Positions 37,407-46,448 of a DNA stretch of 64,000 nt are shown piece after piece. Numbering within the stretch: position 1 is the first letter of the stretch; the number at the start of each line of letters is the position of its first letter. Position numbers and translations under genes: made by a program. The stretch is from a virus: positions 32,001 to 96,000 of IMG/VR virus record IMGVR_UViG_3300036770_008686; one strand, written 5' to 3'. A model generated the notes under the pieces. The model was not told the origin of the DNA and searched no databases. It saw only the letters and a program-made list of their open reading frames with translations.

Positions 37407-38081
37407 TTAGAAATCCACCGGTTTAAAGTTCTCAAAAACGAATCCGAATCCTAAAACTTTAAAAGAAAAAACAACGCTATATTTTGTTTTTCTCAAACAA
37501 ACGCCAGTAGAAATTTCTTCTAAATATAAACCATATCGCTGTTCTTTATAACATGGTTTGTAAAATAAAACAAAATTTGGATAAGTTAGCCTAAACCTTG
37601 CTAGAGGAAGTCCTACAAATTTAAAAATTGGATAAAAAATAAATTTGTGAAAAAACTTGCCAATTTTTCTTGAAAAGCTTTTCTCTTTATTTCTTTGCAA
37701 CTCAAGAAGCCTATCCATCGTTTGCTTTCTTGATGCATGTTCATTTTTTTTGAAATTAATGAGTTTTATGTCTTGAAGAACACCATCTGTAAATTTTGCA
37801 TCAAAGTCTGCACAATAGTCAACTAGATCTGTTGTCTCGTAGGCGTAAAATCTTATTATTCCATGATAAAAAAGTTTTTTCTTTTCTTTTAAATCTTTTT
37901 TATCTTCTTCTTCATAAAAATTTTCTCTAACATATAAATAACCATCATTTTCAATAAAATAACAAGACAAAGTATTATCAAGAGACTTTGTTTGATATTG
38001 AATATTTTTAAAATTAACCATTTCCTCGGGAACTGGCATTGCTACTTGGTCGCCTAAACAAATATAATCAAACATTCCCAT
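37407..38081 (-). CDS. conserved phage hypothetical protein
   Basis: MGMFDYI...YQTKSLD...HGIIRFY...AKFTDG. Confidence 0.65.
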   Translation of the reverse strand: MGMFDYICLGDQVAMPVPEEMVNFKNIQYQTKSLDNTLSCYFIENDGYLYVRENFYEEEDKKDLKEKKKLFYHGIIRFYAYETTDLVDYCADFDAKFTDGVLQDIKLINFKKNEHASRKQTMDRLLELQRNKEKSFSRKIGKFFHKFIFYPIFKFVGLPLARFRLTYPNFVLFYKPCYKEQRYGLYLEEISTGVCLRKTKYSVVFSFKVLGFGFVFENFKPVDF

Positions 38082-38092
38082 ATTTTATTCTC

Positions 38093-38635
38093 CTAAATAT
38101 TATATAGTTGTTGAACAATTGCTTTGTTGTGCAAATCGACAATATATTCTGCTGTTTCTTTGTCTAATGTTCCGTCTGGAACGATGTCTTCGATTTCATA
38201 AATCGTTTCTTCGCCGGTATACGGTCCACGAACATACTTTACAGAATACCGTATTTTCTCTGTGGGCAAAATTAATCTACACCAACAATTTTCTCCCACA
38301 TTACAAACATCCGTTTTCCAAGGAATAGATAAGCTATGTTGTTGGGCTTGTTCGTAATTTCTAGGTTCAGATTGCTCTTGAGATACGTGAATAATTGGTA
38401 GTTTTTTATCTAAAAAACTATTATGAAGATTAATAATATATTCTGCTGTTTCTTTGTCTACCGATCCCCAATCAATTACACAATCTAAAACAGCAGTTTC
38501 CCCATTAGATTCGAGAACATATTCTGGTTGTTCTACCGGTCGTATAAGTCTACACCAACAATCTTCGCCGCTATGGCAAAAATCTATTTTCCAAGGAACA
38601 CTTAAAACTTTTTGCTTTGCTTGCTTGTAATTCAT
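38093..38635 (-). CDS. hypothetical protein made of two ~95-aa tandem domains
   Basis: PWK..C..GE.CWCRLI.P and DKETAEYI..LHN each occur twice. Confidence 0.7.
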   Translation of the reverse strand: MNYKQAKQKVLSVPWKIDFCHSGEDCWCRLIRPVEQPEYVLESNGETAVLDCVIDWGSVDKETAEYIINLHNSFLDKKLPIIHVSQEQSEPRNYEQAQQHSLSIPWKTDVCNVGENCWCRLILPTEKIRYSVKYVRGPYTGEETIYEIEDIVPDGTLDKETAEYIVDLHNKAIVQQLYNI

Positions 38636-38638
38636 ATT

Positions 38639-39412
38639 TTATTTTTCACATTTACAAAGCAATTCATCGTTTTCAAATGAACATTCTACCGTTTCTTTTG
38701 TTGCATCTTCTTTAACTATTTGCTTTAAATATGTTCTTGGTTTTAAATAATATCCACATTTTTTACAATATTTTTCATTCAAATAATCAATTAGTTTAAC
38801 CATTTGGCCGCCCATGACTAATTCATCAACCAATTTAATCCACGCTATATTTTCTCTGGTGTCATTGAGTCTGTAGTGCTTTTCCTCTATTATGTTAACC
38901 CAAACATCGATTGGATCTTTTTCGTTATAATCGATAATCTCGACACAATCTTTTAATTCTAAACTTGATGGAAGTTCAACATACCCAAACCGATCTTCTC
39001 TTTTAAAAATTCCTTGTCCAATTTGACTTAAATCTAAAAATTGTAGTTTGTCACTATGATCATCGCCCCAAACGCAACCAGATACAAAACCATACTGGCC
39101 GTTGCTTTCTTTTGGAACATAGAACTCCATTGGACAAAACCCATATCCATCTCTTTCCTCGCCACAAACATCCACGCAATCAGGCAGACTCATAACCCTA
39201 GTTCCAGTATAATCTTTGGAATACAAGGCATATGTCTTGCCATTTTGTTCGAATGGACAAAATGTATTAAAAAAAGTAGAATAGTTTCTTTGATAAGATC
39301 CTATCTGTTTTTCTTTGTAGAATATTTTAACATTTAAATAGTCCCAACAACCAGGTTTGGTGGGCACTTTTTCAACTTCAACGGTATATTGGCTTAATTT
39401 TTTCATTTTCAC
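38639..39412 (-). CDS. hypothetical protein
   Basis: 257 aa ORF. Confidence 0.65.
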   Translation of the reverse strand: MKMKKLSQYTVEVEKVPTKPGCWDYLNVKIFYKEKQIGSYQRNYSTFFNTFCPFEQNGKTYALYSKDYTGTRVMSLPDCVDVCGEERDGYGFCPMEFYVPKESNGQYGFVSGCVWGDDHSDKLQFLDLSQIGQGIFKREDRFGYVELPSSLELKDCVEIIDYNEKDPIDVWVNIIEEKHYRLNDTRENIAWIKLVDELVMGGQMVKLIDYLNEKYCKKCGYYLKPRTYLKQIVKEDATKETVECSFENDELLCKCEK

Positions 39413-39418
39413 TTCTAA

Positions 39419-39700
39419 TTAGGAGTAATACTCAGAAGGATCAGGCCATGCATCTTCTTTTCTAAAGGTTAAATATAAAACTTCAAGGAAGCAATCTTTA
39501 CAAAGACACATCTTATGAATTTCACTTCTTTTTATCTCATCAACACCTAGTGGAAAATTATTTCCCACAAGCCCGCCTTCTTTTTGCTCCGCAATATAAA
39601 TATTGCCTTCAATTATAAAACCATTTGGAATAGATCCATCATCGCTTGGCATTATTATTGCTTCACACTTATCACACAAACAAAGTTCAATAGTTCTCAT
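39419..39700 (-). CDS. hypothetical Zn-ribbon protein
   Basis: CDKC...CKDC. Confidence 0.6.
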   Translation of the reverse strand: MRTIELCLCDKCEAIIMPSDDGSIPNGFIIEGNIYIAEQKEGGLVGNNFPLGVDEIKRSEIHKMCLCKDCFLEVLYLTFRKEDAWPDPSEYYS

Positions 39701-39702
39701 TT

Positions 39703-39924
39703 TTATTGCTCAGATATTATTATTCCATACTCAATAATGCCAAGTTCTTTATTTGCATTATTTGAAGCCTCTTCGAGAGTAACAAAAGGCCCATTTAAAA
39801 AAAGATCAAGGCTCAAAGCTGTTTCAAAATGAAGATTATTTTCAATACAATAAGTGGCAGAGCCTTCGCCCCAACGCCATCCATCTTCAAATTTTCGAAC
39901 AACAACAAAGTTATCTGCGCTCAT
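39703..39924 (-). CDS. hypothetical protein
   Basis: MSADN...IEYGI. Confidence 0.6.
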   Translation of the reverse strand: MSADNFVVVRKFEDGWRWGEGSATYCIENNLHFETALSLDLFLNGPFVTLEEASNNANKELGIIEYGIIISEQ

Positions 39925-39930
39925 TGTGAT

Positions 39931-40572
39931 TTACTCATCATGGTCTTTTTCATTATAATTAAATAATTGTGACGCTACTGCTCCTCCAACTTTTGATCTT
40001 CTATAATTTGAAGTGCAAGCACAAAGAGAAGTCCAAGCCTGATTAGCCCCTGTTGAATCGGCTGTATAATTTAATATCTTTGAGCGATCTACTCCAATGC
40101 CTCCTCCTGCCTTAAAGGCGTCTTGGTTTGCTCCTAAATAAGTAAAAGTCCAATTATATTTTTCTGTCTGGTGTTTGATTAGATCTTGAACTTGATTGCC
40201 GGAAAATTCCTTGCTAGCATTCTCATAACCATCAGTAATTATTACAAACAAAACCCTATCTGGTCTATCTTCTTCTTTCATTTGAGCTAGATTAATACCA
40301 ACGGTATTTATTGTTCTGGCCACAGCGTCAAACATGGCTGTTCCACCTCTAGGCGAAATCTTATATTTTTTAATATCACTAATGTCCATATTTTCATAAA
40401 CCGCATTATACTCGTCATCAAACTCATAAAGAGAAACATCGCACTGACCTAGTTTTTGATCTTTTTGATTTTTAATAAAGTTTTCTAAGCCACCATCCAT
40501 ATCTTTGGCAATATTGCTCATGCTGCCACTTCGATCAATAACAAATACTATTTTTGTATAGTTTTCTTTCAT
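39931..40572 (-). CDS. stand-alone VWA-domain protein
   Basis: VIDRSGSM, GGTAMFDA, ITDGYENAS, YLGANQD. Confidence 0.85.
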   Translation of the reverse strand: MKENYTKIVFVIDRSGSMSNIAKDMDGGLENFIKNQKDQKLGQCDVSLYEFDDEYNAVYENMDISDIKKYKISPRGGTAMFDAVARTINTVGINLAQMKEEDRPDRVLFVIITDGYENASKEFSGNQVQDLIKHQTEKYNWTFTYLGANQDAFKAGGGIGVDRSKILNYTADSTGANQAWTSLCACTSNYRRSKVGGAVASQLFNYNEKDHDE

Positions 40573-40637
40573 ATTTTTACTCCCAATTAAGATAACAATA
40601 GTTTACCAAAAAATAAAAATCCTGCAAATAATCAAAC

Positions 40638-41012
40638 TCATTTATCATTTTTTTCAGGATTTTCATAATGAGGATAGTGGTCACCTAAGTTAAACGAATC
40701 ATATTCTTTTTTGTTTAAGTAAATCTTTTCTAACTTGTCTTGTCTCACAATTGTAATCAAAAATCTATCTGGAATCTGTACAGTTTTTTGAACTATATTC
40801 CAGGTTGTTTTTGGTTTGCCATCCCAGCCAATACCAAAACTAGGCACGATTGTTGATATTTTTTCATTATGTGCGGCTATAAATTCTTTATTTATAACTT
40901 TGCCTTGTATAAATTCGGGTTTGCATCCAATTAAAAGAACAAATAGTAATAATTTTTTCATTCTTTCTTCGCAGGAGTTTGAGCATCTAATTTTTGACCA
41001 CAAAAAGGACAA
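40638..41012 (-). CDS. putative lipoprotein
   Basis: MKKLLLFVLLIGC lipobox at an internal start. Confidence 0.55.
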   Translation of the reverse strand: MSFLWSKIRCSNSCEERMKKLLLFVLLIGCKPEFIQGKVINKEFIAAHNEKISTIVPSFGIGWDGKPKTTWNIVQKTVQIPDRFLITIVRQDKLEKIYLNKKEYDSFNLGDHYPHYENPEKNDK

Positions 41013-41197
41013 TAGTGAACCTCTAACTCAAATATACCAAAATCAGATTCAACAAAATGAACCCAATGAAGTTCGTTCCAATATACAATGTTGTTAACAG
41101 TGCAACAACCCGGCTTATTGTATTTTTTCTTTTCTATGTATTGATCTTTAGATAACAATCTTTTGGGGCGAGTTTTTTCAAATTTAAAATTTTTCAT
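40958..41197 (-). CDS. hypothetical Zn-ribbon protein
   Basis: YCPFCG. Confidence 0.55.
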   Translation of the reverse strand: MKNFKFEKTRPKRLLSKDQYIEKKKYNKPGCCTVNNIVYWNELHWVHFVESDFGIFELEVHYCPFCGQKLDAQTPAKKE

Positions 41198-41457
41198 TTG
41201 TCCTTATAAATAAATTTCCATTCTGATAAGTCGATATCAACACCCGTAGCATCTTTAACTTTATTTGCTATATCTAGTGCATTAGATGTAATCCTGTTTA
41301 CTGCATCACGACCCGCCTGAGCACATAATCCCATTTCTAATATACTAGCGTCGTTCATAACGTGATGAATAATGTCTTCCCATTGACTTTTTGTGAGGGA
41401 TAGTGTGGCGGTAATGATTTCATTTTTGTCAGTCATTTCTTTTTTCCTTAGCACCAA
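41194..41457 (-). CDS. hypothetical protein
   Basis: 87 aa; real start probably MTDK. Confidence 0.6.
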   Translation of the reverse strand: MVLRKKEMTDKNEIITATLSLTKSQWEDIIHHVMNDASILEMGLCAQAGRDAVNRITSNALDIANKVKDATGVDIDLSEWKFIYKDK

Positions 41458-41524
41458 AAAAAACCACGAAAAATTTCATGTCAATCTCGCAAGTATGTTG
41501 ATCGGCGTATTGGGGTTTACACAC

Positions 41525-41971
41525 TCAGACATTGTTTAAATGATTGATCACAGCCGCAGCTATTTGAATATTTATTCCAATATTCTCATCAGTTTGAAAA
41601 AAAGACCCTTCAATGTTAGCATCATCAAAATCGTCTATTATTGCAAACTTTTGCACACTAGGATTATTTGCAAGCCACGCCATTATCTCTTCGCTTCTCT
41701 TGACCCAACGGCCATCCCAGCTTGCAGATCTTTCTAAAACAGGAGTGCAGTCATGAATTTCAAGTCTATGTTGGGCAAGTGATTGAACAACAAGATTTTT
41801 ATCTTTTTCTTGTATTCTCCAGGTGCTAGAGAGAACAATCCTTGCATCGGTTTCTTCGACTATTTTTGCAACAAGAGAAACAAGAGATTGATCAATAAAA
41901 TCGAACCCAAATTTTTTAATAAGCTTAGGAGTGTTAAGAACTCCATCGACATCAAGAAAAATAATTTTCAT
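41525..41971 (-). CDS. HAD-superfamily protein (Swiss-army-knife RNA-repair-like HAD domain)
   Basis: IFLDVDGVLN, IVLSSTWR, EI..WL, IIDD. Confidence 0.85.
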   Translation of the reverse strand: MKIIFLDVDGVLNTPKLIKKFGFDFIDQSLVSLVAKIVEETDARIVLSSTWRIQEKDKNLVVQSLAQHRLEIHDCTPVLERSASWDGRWVKRSEEIMAWLANNPSVQKFAIIDDFDDANIEGSFFQTDENIGINIQIAAAVINHLNNV

Positions 41972-42015
41972 TTATGCTTCCTCGCTCTGATCCTGTCGAG
42001 AGATACGTACCGACC

Positions 42016-42297
42016 CTAAACCCCATCAGCATCTTCGCCATTAATATAATCTATAACAGGCTGCTCACAACAATCCAACATCTTTTTTAAAGAAGTTTTT
42101 AATCCTGCTATATTTTCTTCAAAGAAAATAGAACTTTCTTCTATGTGAACAACATCATTATTTTCGTCTAAAAAAACTTGATGAATTCCGTAAACTGTAA
42201 TGGGATTATCTAGGTAGTCTGGTCTGTTTGTTTTTTTTATCACCCTAAATTCCCAGCCCATTTCAAAACATCCTTTCGATAGTTCCTTCGGGAACAC
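42016..42297 (-). CDS. hypothetical protein
   Basis: WEFRV...YGIHQVF. Confidence 0.6.
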   Translation of the reverse strand: MFPKELSKGCFEMGWEFRVIKKTNRPDYLDNPITVYGIHQVFLDENNDVVHIEESSIFFEENIAGLKTSLKKMLDCCEQPVIDYINGEDADGV

Positions 42298-42454
42298 TTA
42301 ATATTTCCATAATAGCTCTGGAGCAGCCGTCTATTTCGTAGATGGTTTCAGCATTGTGTTGATTAACTTCCACCTTAACACAATAATCTTTAATTATTGT
42401 AGCAAGCTCATAAAGATCTTTTATATCCTCTTCTTCTAGTTTTTTTCTTAACAT
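42263..42454 (-). CDS. hypothetical protein
   Basis: 63 aa ORF. Confidence 0.5.
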   Translation of the reverse strand: MLRKKLEEEDIKDLYELATIIKDYCVKVEVNQHNAETIYEIDGCSRAIMEILSVPEGTIERMF

Positions 42455-42969
42455 TTTAAACCTTTCATTCCTTGTTTTTTCATTTTCAAAATAACCTCGG
42501 CATTACCAATAGCGTCGTTCACAGGATTGTGATCATGTATTGTGTCTCTTAAATTTTTCCAAGAAGCTCGTGCATCTCTTACAAAACCACAATAAAGATC
42601 TCCAATTCTTCGACCACTATAACCAAAAGGATTTTCTCCAAGAAAATTGTGAAAATAATAATTTATCCACTGCCAATCATAGCATGGATTGTCGCTGATG
42701 AAAACAGGCCTATCGTTTTTACTGTTTTCTACTATCCAATCTCTAAAAGAAATCATCACCTGCTTAGGTTCGTCAAAAATTAAATGCTTTTCTCTAGAGA
42801 AGCCACTTATCTTTAAAGCCTCATGCAGATAATTTTCAGAAATAGGCTTTGTTTTACCATAAAAAGTTTTGTTCAGATATTCGTCAACAATCACAGCTCC
42901 AAAACAAACCATGCTATAAATCGGAGGAACCGGTCCATCGCTCTCTACATCTACAACTATTAGTGGCAT
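42448..42969 (-). CDS. DEDDh 3'-5' exonuclease (Rv2179c/DUF5051-like)
   Basis: VDVESDGP, SDN..YD, HNPVNDA; start moved to MPLIVV. Confidence 0.85.
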   Translation of the reverse strand: MPLIVVDVESDGPVPPIYSMVCFGAVIVDEYLNKTFYGKTKPISENYLHEALKISGFSREKHLIFDEPKQVMISFRDWIVENSKNDRPVFISDNPCYDWQWINYYFHNFLGENPFGYSGRRIGDLYCGFVRDARASWKNLRDTIHDHNPVNDAIGNAEVILKMKKQGMKGLKC

Positions 42970-43508
42970 GAATATTTTTCCCAATATAAAGAAGAGTAAA
43001 ATTTCCAAATAGAATCAATAAAAAATTTGGCAGTGATTAAACTGCTAGACTCAGCCGAAATAACACTTTCGGCATAATCTTCTGGTTCGTTTCTTGTTGC
43101 TGGTATGCTATGTCCAACGACTACCTCCCAAACAGGGATTTCTTTAAAACAAGATATTGTTTCAACTTCTTTTATAGAACATGCTATTGAAATTCCACAG
43201 TCTTCACATTCTATTATTTTTTCTTCATCATTAATTTTAACGTTAACAAAAGAGAAAAAATGCTTCATTGAATCTAGAATAATTTCCTTAAGTTCTTCCC
43301 AATTATTTTTGGCAAATTCCTCTAATTCGGGATATTTACCGTTATTGTGTTCCAACTCTAAAATTGGCTTTACAAATCTTTTTTCAATAGAAATTTTATT
43401 GCCATAGGTTTCAACTACAAAAATATTATCATGCTCTTCTAAAAGAACTCCTTTTATCCACTTTTCGCCTCTCATTATACCGACTTTTGTAAATACTTTT
43501 ATTTTCAT
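42960..43508 (-). CDS. hypothetical protein
   Basis: 182 aa ORF. Confidence 0.6.
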   Translation of the reverse strand: MKIKVFTKVGIMRGEKWIKGVLLEEHDNIFVVETYGNKISIEKRFVKPILELEHNNGKYPELEEFAKNNWEELKEIILDSMKHFFSFVNVKINDEEKIIECEDCGISIACSIKEVETISCFKEIPVWEVVVGHSIPATRNEPEDYAESVISAESSSLITAKFFIDSIWKFYSSLYWEKYSCH

Positions 43509-43533
43509 TTTTCTACTCCAAAAAAATTATATT

Positions 43534-43752
43534 TCATAAAATGAAAGAACGAACAGAGTAATTAGGATCAACCACAATAAACAATTCAGAGTTATCAACA
43601 GAACAATAACATTTGATATTCTTATTGTTCTGACAAATAAACTCGAATTCTTTTTTTATTAATTCAAATTTTTTTGAATCTTTTTTTATCCTAATAATAG
43701 GATTTTGTTCTAAAACACAAAGAATATTTTTCGAAAAATTAGAAAGTTTCAT
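43534..43752 (-). CDS. hypothetical protein
   Basis: 72 aa; ATG is 1 nt from the IS-like right end. Confidence 0.5.
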   Translation of the reverse strand: MKLSNFSKNILCVLEQNPIIRIKKDSKKFELIKKEFEFICQNNKNIKCYCSVDNSELFIVVDPNYSVRSFIL

Positions 43753-43753
43753 A

Positions 43754-43844
43754 ATGAATACCCAACCCCTAAAGGGATTGGGTTTCCTGCTTCCGAGATC
43801 ATTTAAAATTTTAAAAGGACGACCAACTGTGGATTCGTACCCAA
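43754..43844 (-). mobile_element. orphan IS200/IS605-type right end (TnpB omega-RNA-like remnant)
   Basis: Minus strand GAAGCAGGAAA-CCCAATCCC TTTA GGGGTTGGG-TATTCAT resembles the GAAGCAGGAAG-hairpin-TAGTTCAC end pattern (from recall); no tnpA or tnpB adjacent. Confidence 0.5.
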
Positions 43845-44234
43845 TTACTTTTTTATATAATTTTTAAATAAATTAAAAAGAGTTAAAAAATAATTTGCTT
43901 TAATAGACTCTTTTTGCACATCATACTCTTTGAATTCATTTATCAATATATAAATTAACTTTCCACTTTTAAATTCTGCAATATAACTGACATAGATTTG
44001 TTTTTTTGGAGGATCATCAAAAAAATGAGTATAAAAAGTCAAAAAACCATCATATTGAATTTGTTTATATTCACCATTTATATTTTTGTATAATTTTTTT
44101 TTGTATATTTTATATTGATCAAATTTTTTAGATAAACAATTAGTTTTAAAAGGCTCGAGGCTCCAATTAGTTTGTAGAAATCTTAATCCTTCTGGGATTG
44201 GGAAAGGATCAGAACAAACAATAATATCATGCAT
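43845..44234 (-). CDS. hypothetical protein
   Basis: 129 aa; resembles the N-terminal half of 37407..38081. Confidence 0.55.
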   Translation of the reverse strand: MHDIIVCSDPFPIPEGLRFLQTNWSLEPFKTNCLSKKFDQYKIYKKKLYKNINGEYKQIQYDGFLTFYTHFFDDPPKKQIYVSYIAEFKSGKLIYILINEFKEYDVQKESIKANYFLTLFNLFKNYIKK

Positions 44235-44727
44235 AAACTTTTAAACTTTTTAAGTTTACTTGGCTAAAATCTTGAAGTTTATTGGTATAAAAAACTTTTT
44301 TAAACCCAAGTCTAAGTATCATGTCTAAGCAGCCATTACAAGGTCTGCTATAGTCTATTTCGTTTTTCCTGTTTATTCTTGTATTAACTAGTATTAAACT
44401 CTTGCAGTTCTTCCCATATTTTAAAACAGCATTAACTTCGGAGTGGGTTCCAACAATATCGCTTATTCTGCTTTTTTGTTTGTTTATATAATTAAAGTTT
44501 AAATTATAAGGATGAGTTTTTGGATTGTTTATTCCTATAGACAAAATTCTGTTGCCGTCTAATATGAAGCTAAAATGCCTGCATCTGTGGTGGTGCTTCT
44601 TTTTACCCGCCAGAGCGTGGCTAATTTCTATTATCCTATCAAAATTCATAAACATGATGATATCAAAAATTATCTTCTGCTTCAAATAGTTCTTTTGGAT
44701 AACAGTGCTCTTCTTGATTGTCATCAA
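44227..44727 (-). CDS. zinc-dependent cytidine/dCMP-deaminase-like protein
   Basis: THSEV (HxE) and RPCNGC (PCxxC). Confidence 0.8.
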   Translation of the reverse strand: MMTIKKSTVIQKNYLKQKIIFDIIMFMNFDRIIEISHALAGKKKHHHRCRHFSFILDGNRILSIGINNPKTHPYNLNFNYINKQKSRISDIVGTHSEVNAVLKYGKNCKSLILVNTRINRKNEIDYSRPCNGCLDMILRLGFKKVFYTNKLQDFSQVNLKSLKVYA

Positions 44728-44867
44728 CTATAAAATAGCAAAATTGATTTTCTTTAATAACAATATAAATAAAACCAATTTTCAAAGACAAAGGATAGCC
44801 ACAATTATCTTTACACAATACTTTCATAAAAAGTATATATGTAATTTTTTTAACTATTTTACTTTTA

Positions 44868-45128
44868 ATGACCTACTTTTTAATAATTTTATGTAGCTTT
44901 ATTTTTATTTTTAATGTTTATTTATTAAACCTTTGTTTGCTAAAATACAAAAAAAATGATTATTGGAAAACAGTTAATCATTTGTTAACTGATTTTGATT
45001 ATTTTCAATTTATAGGAGGTCCATGCGATGGTGAATTTAGGTTTTTACCAAAAGAAAAAACATATTTTATATACAAAAAAATACATCATTATCAAAAAAA
45101 TGAAAAAAAATATGTTTATATAAAATGA
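44868..45128 (+). CDS. hypothetical membrane protein
   Basis: N-terminal TM segment; FIGGPCDG motif. Confidence 0.55.
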   Translation: MTYFLIILCSFIFIFNVYLLNLCLLKYKKNDYWKTVNHLLTDFDYFQFIGGPCDGEFRFLPKEKTYFIYKKIHHYQKNEKKYVYIK

Positions 45129-45163
45129 CCCCGGCTCTAAAACAAACTTTAGAGCCGGGGTCA
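45126..45163. terminator. bidirectional terminator between convergent genes
   Basis: 16-bp stem tgaccccggctctaaa/tttagagccggggtca. Confidence 0.85.
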
Positions 45164-45170
45164 AAATTAA

Positions 45171-45533
45171 TCAACGATATCTTCTACAGCAGTACCAACG
45201 ACCACTTGAATCTTGTGCATAACCAACATCTACGGTTGTCATGCCGCTTCGAGCAAAACAACAGTTGTTGTAGGCTTGCTCTCTAGTCATGCCACTTCCA
45301 CAACCCTCATATCCAGTGTTGCCTCCAAAGTGACCAACCCGGCCAGTTCTGGCCATAGTTTCGGCAACTCCTTGGGCAGTAGAGTTGTTTACATATGAAT
45401 AAACTTTATTACTATTGTTAGTGTAACTATAGACCCTCCTAGGCTTTGCTTCTGCCGTTTGGATTAATCCAACAAACAAAAACAAACAAGCAACTAACTT
45501 CTTCATAAATCCCTCCGTGAAAAAACCAACCAA
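45171..45533 (-). CDS. secreted Cys-containing protein (CAP-like, Planctomycete-type)
   Basis: Signal peptide ending AEA; GHFGGN.GYEG.G...A..NCC...RWYCCRRYR. Confidence 0.6.
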   Translation of the reverse strand: MVGFFTEGFMKKLVACLFLFVGLIQTAEAKPRRVYSYTNNSNKVYSYVNNSTAQGVAETMARTGRVGHFGGNTGYEGCGSGMTREQAYNNCCFARSGMTTVDVGYAQDSSGRWYCCRRYR

Positions 45534-45578
45534 ACAAATTTACACAATCAACGCAATTGTGTAAATGTCTCTAAAGTA

Positions 45579-46448
45579 TTAGATTTCTATTCCTTCAATC
45601 CCCTCTTCGGTGCTTCCGTCGTAGTAAATAAACTTTCCACCTACAATGTTTTTTAATTTTTCAAGAGTATATTGTAACAATTCTTTGTTGTTTTTAGTGT
45701 TCACAGATCTACCTAAACCATCATCAATGCCAGCATTATACAAATGGTTTACAATATTTTTAGCCCTAAAAATAGCAGACCTAAAGAAACCGGGAAGAAT
45801 AGCTGTCTGCATTCTATACAAGTCCATAGGTTTGTCAGATTCTTTGATCTTTAGAAGGGTGAACAAATTTTTAAATTGACCAACCCCAGTATCCGTAGAA
45901 GTGCTTGAAGCATAAACCTCTACAAGATAACCTTTTTTTATTAAACCTTCTACTTTTTTTATAGCTTTGCTAATATAGTCAAGAAGTTCTTTTGAAGATG
46001 TACTAGAAAGATATCCAACATTAACCAAAACTCTTACTGCCCTATCTTGACTTTTTACTCTAGAAACTTTTCTATAGGGAAAAGGATCGGAGGATAAGTA
46101 TGAATCAATGCAAATTTCTCCATCATATTCATTTTTAAGCCTTCTTCTTTTAACGCTCGGAAGCTTTGAATTAAAAGAAATTTTACAAGAGTGCTGATTA
46201 TAAGATTTTTGAAGGCTACTATTTAATCTTCCTTTTATAAGCATATCCCAGGTGTCTTTACCTGATATTCCCGAACCAAACGCCCATTCACTATCCGTTA
46301 TTTGATTCAGATTGCCACAATAACTTTCAGGGCTAACTAACTCAATGTTTTCATAACTTCTACTCATAACTTCGGTTGGGTTTTTAAACAAGACCAAAGT
46401 AGAATCGTGGTTTATTTTTTTGACAAGCATATTAAGCGGCTTCTTCAA
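45579..46448 (-). CDS. degenerate VWA-like (CobT-type) MoxR partner
   Basis: GEICIDSYL, LVNVGYLSS, LKIKESDKPMD, G.DDGLG; overlaps the AAA stop. Confidence 0.6.
   Translation of the reverse strand: MKKPLNMLVKKINHDSTLVLFKNPTEVMSRSYENIELVSPESYCGNLNQITDSEWAFGSGISGKDTWDMLIKGRLNSSLQKSYNQHSCKISFNSKLPSVKRRRLKNEYDGEICIDSYLSSDPFPYRKVSRVKSQDRAVRVLVNVGYLSSTSSKELLDYISKAIKKVEGLIKKGYLVEVYASSTSTDTGVGQFKNLFTLLKIKESDKPMDLYRMQTAILPGFFRSAIFRAKNIVNHLYNAGIDDGLGRSVNTKNNKELLQYTLEKLKNIVGGKFIYYDGSTEEGIEGIEI

Noticed and set aside
38093-38635. DGR template/variable repeat pair
   Set aside because: Differences are not adenine-specific, both copies lie in one ORF, and there is no reverse transcriptase in the window.
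43817-43844. tRNA 3' fragment (GGGTACGAATCC)
   Set aside because: No T-stem pairing or upstream arms; better explained by the GGTACG motif or the IS-end relic.
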